This document shows, piece after piece, positions 57,459-64,000 of a DNA stretch of 64,000 nt (position 1 is the stretch's first letter; the number at the start of each line of letters is the position of its first letter). The position numbers were made by a program, and so were the translations under genes. The DNA comes from Candidatus Iainarchaeum sp. (GTDB lineage: Archaea > Iainarchaeota > Iainarchaeia > Iainarchaeales > VGJJ01). The notes under the pieces are model-generated. The model was not told where the DNA came from. It saw only the letters and a program-made list of their open reading frames with translations, and searched no databases. Location: contig JACQJG010000009.1 in NCBI GenBank assembly GCA_016198125.1, positions 5,104 to 69,103 of the forward strand, written 5' to 3'.

Positions 57459-59560
57459 AAGCAGTTTTCGCGCAAAAAGGAAAAATTGTGGTAGAGGACA
57501 TTCCGGTTCCTGCATGCCCTGAGAATGGAGTGCTTGTGGAAACGCATTACTCGGTGGTAAGCCCTGGAACCGAGGGGCGCGCGCTAAAGGGAAGCGGGAC
57601 CAGTGCAACCCAACTCGCACAGCAAAAGAACGCATTCAAGACTCTTAAAGACCACGTGGACCGCAAAGGCGCCGGTTTTGCATGGAAGCTGGTGGAAGAA
57701 CGCTTGAACCGTTTAACTCCTTTGGGGTACAGCTGTGCAGGGCGCATTGTGCAGGTGGGAAAAAAAGTGGACCAGTTAAGCGTTGGAGAATGGGTGAGTT
57801 GTGCCGGAACGGGTTTTGCCAATCATGCAGGTTTTGCCGCAGTTCCAAAAAATCTTGTGGCGCGCATTCCAAGCGGAGTGAGTGCAGATGAAGGTTCGCT
57901 TGCAACATTGGGTGCAGTGGGCATTCATGCCCTGCACCAGGCAGAATTGAAGGCCGGGGAAAACGTGGCCATTATTGGTTTGGGTTTGATGGGCATGCTC
58001 TCGCTCGCACTGGCAAAAGCCCTTGGGTTCAAGGCATGGGGAATTGAATTAAATTCTGAGCGGCGCGGCCTGGCCAAAAAAATGGGACTGGAAGCGTTCT
58101 CATTGGAAGAATGCGAACATTCCATTCGCGCGCAGACCCATGAAAAGGGCGTTGATGCCGTCATCGTGGCGGCCGCAGGAAACGATGATGAGGCCGTGCG
58201 TTTGGCCAACAGCCTGTGCAGAAACCGCGGGACGATTGCAGTGCTTGGAGTTGTTGGATTGGACTTGGACTGGAGTGCCGCATACCACAAGGAAATAAAA
58301 CTTGTCATGGCGCGCAGTTACGGTCCCGGAAGGTATGATGCGCAGTACGAATTGGATGGAATGGATTATCCTTTTGAGTACGTGCGTTTTACGGAACAGC
58401 GGAACATGGGACTTTTTTTGGACCTCTTGAAGGAAAAGAAAGTGGACGGCCGCGCCTTTATTACTGCGGTGTTTGAAGTGGATGATGCGCCCAAGGCATA
58501 CGAGGCCGCAATGAAGGCGGATGGCCTGGGCGTGCTTTTAAAATACAGTGGGCATGCGGTCACTGAAAAAAAAATGCAATTGCACAAAACCGTACAACCG
58601 GTTGAAGGCAAAATCGGCACTGCCCTTATAGGACCCGGACACTTTGCAAGGGAAATCCACGTTCCAAACCTGTACAATGACAAGCGCTTTGACGTGAGGG
58701 CAGTTGCAGCAGGAACGGGTGCCAGTGCAATGGAAACCGCCAGGCTCTTGAACGCGCCCATTGCTACAACGGATTATGCGGAGGCGCTAAGCGGTTCAGG
58801 CGTTAAACTTGCATTCATTTCCACGCCCCCTGAAAGGCACGCGGAAATGGTGCTTGCAGCGCTCAACGCGGGCAGGCACGTTTTTGTAGAAAAACCATTG
58901 TGCGTGAATGAAGAAGAATTGAAGGCCATTGAAAAGGCAAAGGACTTGCACCCTGAATGCATGGTCATGGTGGGGCACAACCGGCGCTACTCGGCGTGCG
59001 CGCAAAAACTAGTGGAGTGGCTGGACAACCGCGAAGGCCCTTTGATGGCCCAGTACAACGTGCGCATTCCCCCTTCAGAGGGCACGCGCGTTCCTTTATG
59101 GAGCGGCGGACGCATTGTGGAGGAGATGACCCACTTCCTGGACTTTTTTGAGTTCATCGCGCAAAGCCCTGCAACCAGCCTGCATGCGCGCACGTTGGGT
59201 GGATTGAAACCGCCCCATTCCATTGACTCCAATATAGTGGTGAATGTTTCCTTTGAGAATGGCGCGCAGTGCACGCTCGCATTCACCACGCTTGCAGGCC
59301 CTTCCGCCTGCAAGGAGGAACTTATTGTGCACAAAGGCGGGGGAACAGCAAGTGTAAGGGATTTTTTGGAATTGGAAGTGCAGGATTCCCTGCATGGAAA
59401 GGAAAGATGGACGTTCAATGGAAAGGGCTGGAAGGAAGAATTGGACGCGCTTGCGCATGCCCTGCAGGGAACGCGTTCCATTGAACGCGAATGGCAGTCC
59501 AGTATCCGGGCCACGGCCGCGGCATTTGAAATTGCAGCACAAATAAGGGGATTGCATTGA
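57455..59560 (+). CDS. Bi-domain oxidoreductase (MDR-like + Gfo/Idh/MocA), copy B
   Basis: S.VSPGTE, LGYSCAG, ARSYGPGRYD, GPGHFA, HVFVEKP, VGHNRRY. Confidence 0.88.
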   Translation: MKAVFAQKGKIVVEDIPVPACPENGVLVETHYSVVSPGTEGRALKGSGTSATQLAQQKNAFKTLKDHVDRKGAGFAWKLVEERLNRLTPLGYSCAGRIVQVGKKVDQLSVGEWVSCAGTGFANHAGFAAVPKNLVARIPSGVSADEGSLATLGAVGIHALHQAELKAGENVAIIGLGLMGMLSLALAKALGFKAWGIELNSERRGLAKKMGLEAFSLEECEHSIRAQTHEKGVDAVIVAAAGNDDEAVRLANSLCRNRGTIAVLGVVGLDLDWSAAYHKEIKLVMARSYGPGRYDAQYELDGMDYPFEYVRFTEQRNMGLFLDLLKEKKVDGRAFITAVFEVDDAPKAYEAAMKADGLGVLLKYSGHAVTEKKMQLHKTVQPVEGKIGTALIGPGHFAREIHVPNLYNDKRFDVRAVAAGTGASAMETARLLNAPIATTDYAEALSGSGVKLAFISTPPERHAEMVLAALNAGRHVFVEKPLCVNEEELKAIEKAKDLHPECMVMVGHNRRYSACAQKLVEWLDNREGPLMAQYNVRIPPSEGTRVPLWSGGRIVEEMTHFLDFFEFIAQSPATSLHARTLGGLKPPHSIDSNIVVNVSFENGAQCTLAFTTLAGPSACKEELIVHKGGGTASVRDFLELEVQDSLHGKERWTFNGKGWKEELDALAHALQGTRSIEREWQSSIRATAAAFEIAAQIRGLH

Positions 59561-61119
59561 CTCAGCACAACGTGTACTGGGAACACGCCTTGGAGAAAGT
59601 GCCGCACCTCTTAACACTGCTTGACACCAACCCTCATTCCCCAACATTTGGGTGTTTTGACAAGCGTTACTGGCACCGCAAAACGCGGGATTATGTGAAC
59701 GCGCGCATGCAGGAAGGCGTGTACACGCTTGCATTGTTGTACACTGTTCAACACCCAGAAAACAAATGGTTTTCAGCGCCCTTTGTAAAAGAATGGGCGC
59801 TTGCAGGCATGAATTTTTGGGCCAGGATTCAAGGCAGGAAAGGCGGTTTTGATGAGTACCTGCCCAATGAAGACAATTACGATGCCACTGCGTTTTCATC
59901 GTATGCCATTGCACGCGCGCATGAACTGCTGGAATGCCGTGATGAAAGCGTTTTGAATGCACTGGAAAACGCCGGAAAGTTTTTGCACGCACATGAAGAA
60001 CCCTTTGTAGCCAACCACGAAGCGGGTGCGGGTGCGGCCCTGCAGTGGATTTCCATTGCAACGAAAAAAGAAAAGTACGCGGAATGGGCCAAGAAAAAAA
60101 TAGAGAACCTTCTTATAAACCAGCAGGCCGAGGGATGGTTTTCCGAATACAACGGCTTTGACGTCGGGTATCACACTTTTTCTTTGTATTATTTGAACGC
60201 ATACTATGTGGCAGCGCAACACGCATGGACGGAAGAAGCCCTGAAAAAAGCATTTTCTTTTTTTGCATATTTTGTGCACCCGGATTGCTCGGTTGGAGGC
60301 CATTATGGAAGCAGGGAAACCTACTTTGTACTGCCAACGCCTTTTGAACAGTGGGCGCAAAAAAGCGCGTTGAACGGCGCCTTGGCGCACGCACTGCGCA
60401 GAGGCCTGGAAACCGGAGCGCTTGCAGGGCCTCTTTCATTTGACGACCGGTATTGTGCGGACGCGCTTTACCCTTTTCTGGAATGCGCCCAATTACACCC
60501 TGTTGAAAAAAAGGCGTCCCTGCCTTTTCAGGGAAACGACTTTGACGAATATTTTGAGGGTGCAGGAATGCTTGTGTCCAGGCATGGAAAGTATTACACT
60601 ATCGTGAACGCGCGCAATGGAGGCATTGGCAAGCATTTCATAGGAGAAAAACTTGCGTGGAACGACACCGGATGGGTGTTCGAGCAGAATGGAACCTTGT
60701 ATTGCACCCATGGACCTTCCATTGGATTCAATCCCGTGAAAAAAAACGAGGCCGTGGTGCGCGGGCATTTTTACGGGAAAAAATCCGTGCTTCCAAGCCC
60801 TTCAACACTTGCGGGTTTGCGTGCACTCAACGCCATTGGATTGGGCTCCCATACCAAGAAAATGGTCCGCAACAAACTTATATTAGACCAAAAACCATCG
60901 GCCTTTGAATTCGAACGCAGGATTGCTTTCACAGAGCACGGCACCGAAGTCCAGGATTCTTTCGGGAAGAATGTTCCTGTTGAAAAACTCGCGCTTACCG
61001 CAAACTTTTCAACCCTTTATTCCACGAGCCTGGGTTTGTGGCATTCAAACGCAACGCCTATTCCCCCACCCCACGTGGAATGGAAGGGAAATTCAGCTTG
61101 CATGCGCGTGCAAGGCTAA
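59557..61119 (+). CDS. Alpha/alpha-barrel plus beta-sandwich protein (heparinase II/III-like architecture suspected)
   Basis: GCFD..YW, Q...G.FDE, Q..EGWF.EY.G.D.GY, HPD.S.GG.YGSR.T; beta-rich C-terminal half. Confidence 0.55.
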   Translation: MTQHNVYWEHALEKVPHLLTLLDTNPHSPTFGCFDKRYWHRKTRDYVNARMQEGVYTLALLYTVQHPENKWFSAPFVKEWALAGMNFWARIQGRKGGFDEYLPNEDNYDATAFSSYAIARAHELLECRDESVLNALENAGKFLHAHEEPFVANHEAGAGAALQWISIATKKEKYAEWAKKKIENLLINQQAEGWFSEYNGFDVGYHTFSLYYLNAYYVAAQHAWTEEALKKAFSFFAYFVHPDCSVGGHYGSRETYFVLPTPFEQWAQKSALNGALAHALRRGLETGALAGPLSFDDRYCADALYPFLECAQLHPVEKKASLPFQGNDFDEYFEGAGMLVSRHGKYYTIVNARNGGIGKHFIGEKLAWNDTGWVFEQNGTLYCTHGPSIGFNPVKKNEAVVRGHFYGKKSVLPSPSTLAGLRALNAIGLGSHTKKMVRNKLILDQKPSAFEFERRIAFTEHGTEVQDSFGKNVPVEKLALTANFSTLYSTSLGLWHSNATPIPPPHVEWKGNSACMRVQG

Positions 61120-61205
61120 GGCTCTATGGTTGTATGAAAAGGCATTTAAATACTGGTCTTTGTTAAAAGTATTAAAACGCGTTTTACGTGCAGAAGGTCG
61201 TATTC

Positions 61206-62666
61206 ATGCCTGTAAAAATCATGATGTTGAATCCCCCAAGCAAGTACGCCAAGAATGTAGTGCGCGACCTGTTCTGGGGATGCTGGTGCAAGGGCCAGCG
61301 CATTGCTTCCGCCAAGTTTCCGCCCACTACCCTGTTGTGCCTGGATGCAGTGGCGGAAAAAGAAGGCCATACGTCTGTTTTGGCTGACTCCCAGGCAGAA
61401 GACCTGTCTTTTGAACAGGTAAAGGAAATTGTGCGCAAAGAGAAACCGGATGCCGTGCTCATCCCCTCTGCAACCATGACTTTCGCAGAAGACATGGACA
61501 CGCTTGCAGACCTCAAAAAAGAAGTGGATTTTTACTCGATGAGCTTTGGAACCCATGTAACGTTTGAAACCGAGACTGCATTGAAAAATGAATCCCTGGA
61601 CATTGCGATTCTGCGCGAAGCCGAGGCCACGCTTGCAGAATTGTTGAACGTGATTGATAAAGGCGAAAAACTGGATGGCGTGAAAGGAATCGCGTTCCGT
61701 GAGAACGGACAAATCCGCATCAACGAACCCAGGCCCTGGATTCAAAACCTGGATGAATTGCCGTTTCCAAACCGGAAAAAAATTATAAATTATTCCTATT
61801 TCAATCCCCTGGTAAAAAAACTTCCCTGGACCACGGCAGTCACCTCAAGAGGGTGCCCTGCCAGGTGCAATTACTGCACTTCTCCAACGTTTTACGGGAA
61901 CACGTGGCGCGCGCGCAGTGCCGAGAGCGTGGTGGCAGAAATGGAAGAAGCAGCAAAGCTTGGGTTCAAGGAAATTTTTTACCGCGATGAAACATTTCCT
62001 GCAGACCGCAGGCGCGTGGTTGAACTATGCAATCTGATAAAAGAGCGTGGCCTTGAAATGAGCTGGATTTGCTCTTCAAGGGTAAGCACCATGGACAGGG
62101 AATTAATGCAATTAATGCGCAACGCCGGCTGCCACATGATCCGGCTTGGAATTGAATCAGGAAACCAGCGCGTCTTGAACAACATCAAAAAGGGAGCAAC
62201 GGTTCAACAAGCCGAAAATGTATTCACCTGGTCCCATGAAATTGGAATGGAAACCCATGCACACCTGATGATGGGCAACATTGGGGAAACCATGGAAACC
62301 ATCAACGAAACCATTTCATTCATCAAACGCGTGAATCCCACCACCATTACTGTAGGCGCGTTCACTCCCTATCCTGGAACGCCCTTGTTTGAGGAGGTCA
62401 AGCGCCAGGATGCAAGCATTGGAGACGGAACGCAAAGCGATTTAAGCCGCGTTCATTCAACGGGCTTTTTCAGCAAGTACATTTGCGGCATGTCCGACCA
62501 GGACGTTGGAAAGGCCGTAAGGCGCGCATACAAGGAGTTCTATCTCCGGCCTTCCTATATTTTGCAGCGCCTGACAGGCGTGCGTTCCGTGGATGAATTC
62601 AGGCGGCTTGTAGCCGCTGGAATCGAGGTAACCCATTTTGCCACGGGAAACGATGACAGCGAGTAA
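61206..62666 (+). CDS. B12-binding-domain radical SAM enzyme with N-terminal GCWC motif
   Basis: LNPP...RDLFWGCWCKG..PP; SRGCPARCNYC; RDETF; LGIESG. Confidence 0.87.
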   Translation: MPVKIMMLNPPSKYAKNVVRDLFWGCWCKGQRIASAKFPPTTLLCLDAVAEKEGHTSVLADSQAEDLSFEQVKEIVRKEKPDAVLIPSATMTFAEDMDTLADLKKEVDFYSMSFGTHVTFETETALKNESLDIAILREAEATLAELLNVIDKGEKLDGVKGIAFRENGQIRINEPRPWIQNLDELPFPNRKKIINYSYFNPLVKKLPWTTAVTSRGCPARCNYCTSPTFYGNTWRARSAESVVAEMEEAAKLGFKEIFYRDETFPADRRRVVELCNLIKERGLEMSWICSSRVSTMDRELMQLMRNAGCHMIRLGIESGNQRVLNNIKKGATVQQAENVFTWSHEIGMETHAHLMMGNIGETMETINETISFIKRVNPTTITVGAFTPYPGTPLFEEVKRQDASIGDGTQSDLSRVHSTGFFSKYICGMSDQDVGKAVRRAYKEFYLRPSYILQRLTGVRSVDEFRRLVAAGIEVTHFATGNDDSE

Positions 62667-62734
62667 GAGGCGTTTTTGTACCAAAAACGGCTTTTAAAGG
62701 AGCATGAAGGAATCCATCAGGGTGTGAGTGAAGA

Positions 62735-64000
62735 ATGAAAGTACTGTTAATGACCACCAACGTGCGTCCGCAACTCAAAATCAGCGAAATGCCGCTCATA
62801 ACCCCGCCTTTGAACCTCATGTACGTGGGCGAGTTTTTGAGGCAAAACGGCCACGAACCCAAAATAGTGGATGCCCACGGCCACAACTACCTGATGGATG
62901 ACGTTATTCGCATTGCAAAAAAATTTGAACCTGGAATGATTTGCGCAAGCGTGTATTCCACAGACCTGCGCTTTTGCCACTCGTATTTGAAACAAGTCCG
63001 CGGCGCATTGCCTGGCGTGAAAATTGCGGTTGGCGGCATTCATTCCACAAACCTTCCTGAACAGACGCTGCACGAGTTTGAAATGATTGACTTCATTATC
63101 CGCGGCGAGGGAGAACTTACAACCAAGGAGCTTGCAGATGCCCTGGAAAAAAACAGGCCGCTTTCAGAAGTAAAAGGCATTTCGTACAGGGACGAACACG
63201 GGCACGTACGCCATAACGCAGACCAGCCCACCATCATGGATTTGGATTCCATTCCAATTCCCGGAAGGGATTTGATTGACACGCGCATTTACTATTCAAA
63301 AGTGGCCAAGCGCAATCCCATTGACACGCTTATTACAACGCGCGGCTGCCCTTTTAGGTGCAGTTTTTGCCCGCGCCTGGACAATGACTTCAGAAAGTAC
63401 CGCATGCGTTCTCCTGAAAATGTAGTGGAGGAACTCAAATTCATCATGGAAGCAGGGGCGAAGAACATTGACTTTTACGATGAAACGTTTACCCTGGACA
63501 AGGAGCGCGTGAAAAAAATATTTGAATTGGCAGACAAAGAAGGCCTGGACTTTGACTTCCGCGCGCGTACAAGAGTGAATGCAGTGGACAGAGAATTGCT
63601 TGAATTGTTTGCCCAGCACAACTGCGACACCATTGGGTATGGAATTGAATCGGGAAACCAGCGCGTGCTGGATGAAATCGGAAAAGGCATTACCCTGGAG
63701 CAGGTTAAAACAGCGGTTGCGCTCACGAAAAAAAACAACATCAATGTGCTGGGCTTTTTTGTCGTGGGCCTGAAGGGCGATACTCCTGAGTCCATTCAGG
63801 ACACCATTAACTTTGCATGCAAGCTCAACACGGAATTTGCAACGTTCAATTACGCCATGCCTTACCCTGGTTCCGAGGATTACCTGACAGCCAAAGCCAA
63901 TGGAACCCTGCAAGGAGATTGGGGCATGGACAAACCCACTCCATGGATCAAACTGCCCTGGATGAACAAGCACGGCGATGTAATCAAGTGGGCGGACAAG
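62735..64000 (+). CDS. B12-binding-domain radical SAM enzyme (runs off window end)
   Basis: Manual translation from ATG 62735: MKVLLMTT..PPLNLMYVG..GGIH..RGEGE..TRGCPFRCSFC..YDETF..YGIESG; absent from the ORF track because it has no stop in the window. Confidence 0.87.
   Translation, partial: MKVLLMTTNVRPQLKISEMPLITPPLNLMYVGEFLRQNGHEPKIVDAHGHNYLMDDVIRIAKKFEPGMICASVYSTDLRFCHSYLKQVRGALPGVKIAVGGIHSTNLPEQTLHEFEMIDFIIRGEGELTTKELADALEKNRPLSEVKGISYRDEHGHVRHNADQPTIMDLDSIPIPGRDLIDTRIYYSKVAKRNPIDTLITTRGCPFRCSFCPRLDNDFRKYRMRSPENVVEELKFIMEAGAKNIDFYDETFTLDKERVKKIFELADKEGLDFDFRARTRVNAVDRELLELFAQHNCDTIGYGIESGNQRVLDEIGKGITLEQVKTAVALTKKNNINVLGFFVVGLKGDTPESIQDTINFACKLNTEFATFNYAMPYPGSEDYLTAKANGTLQGDWGMDKPTPWIKLPWMNKHGDVIKWADK

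Overview
Archaeal chromosome segment, most likely from a DPANN lineage (inferred from divergent core proteins and a stand-alone 5S rRNA gene; not confirmed by phylogeny). About 1-18.2 kb is core genome: partial rpl44e, an Smc-family ATPase, thrC, an S16 protease, the rpl21e-rpoF-DUF655-rsmA-ftsZ-secE-spt5-rpl11 // rpl1-rpl10-rpl12 cluster and tbp. About 18.2-22.6 kb carries a cupredoxin-like lipoprotein, a 5S rRNA gene, a GC-rich subtilase with Ig-like repeats and a decapeptide-repeat surface protein. From 22.6 kb to the end is a >41 kb glycosylation/surface-modification locus: AglB, Alg7-, Alg14- and Alg13-like genes, about 10 further glycosyltransferases, 4 SAM methyltransferases, 5 B12-type and 1 SPASM/twitch radical SAM enzymes, a flippase, a deacetylase, a UDP-HexNAc dehydrogenase and duplicated bi-domain oxidoreductase modules. 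Strongest leads: (1) two paralogous RelE-like/46-aa partner modules arranged tail-to-tail, with an identical 19-bp promoter element; (2) an Smc whose hinge appears replaced by a central Rad50-type CPVC hook; (3) queuosine-salvage-type genes (YhhQ, NUDIX, QNG1/DUF2419) inside an archaeal glycosylation locus; (4) an AglB-Alg7-Alg14-Alg13 cluster; (5) many cobalamin radical SAM genes with a recurring TTGTACCA upstream motif. No CRISPR array, tRNA, integrase or transposase was recognised. All calls come from motif reading by eye; no searches were run.
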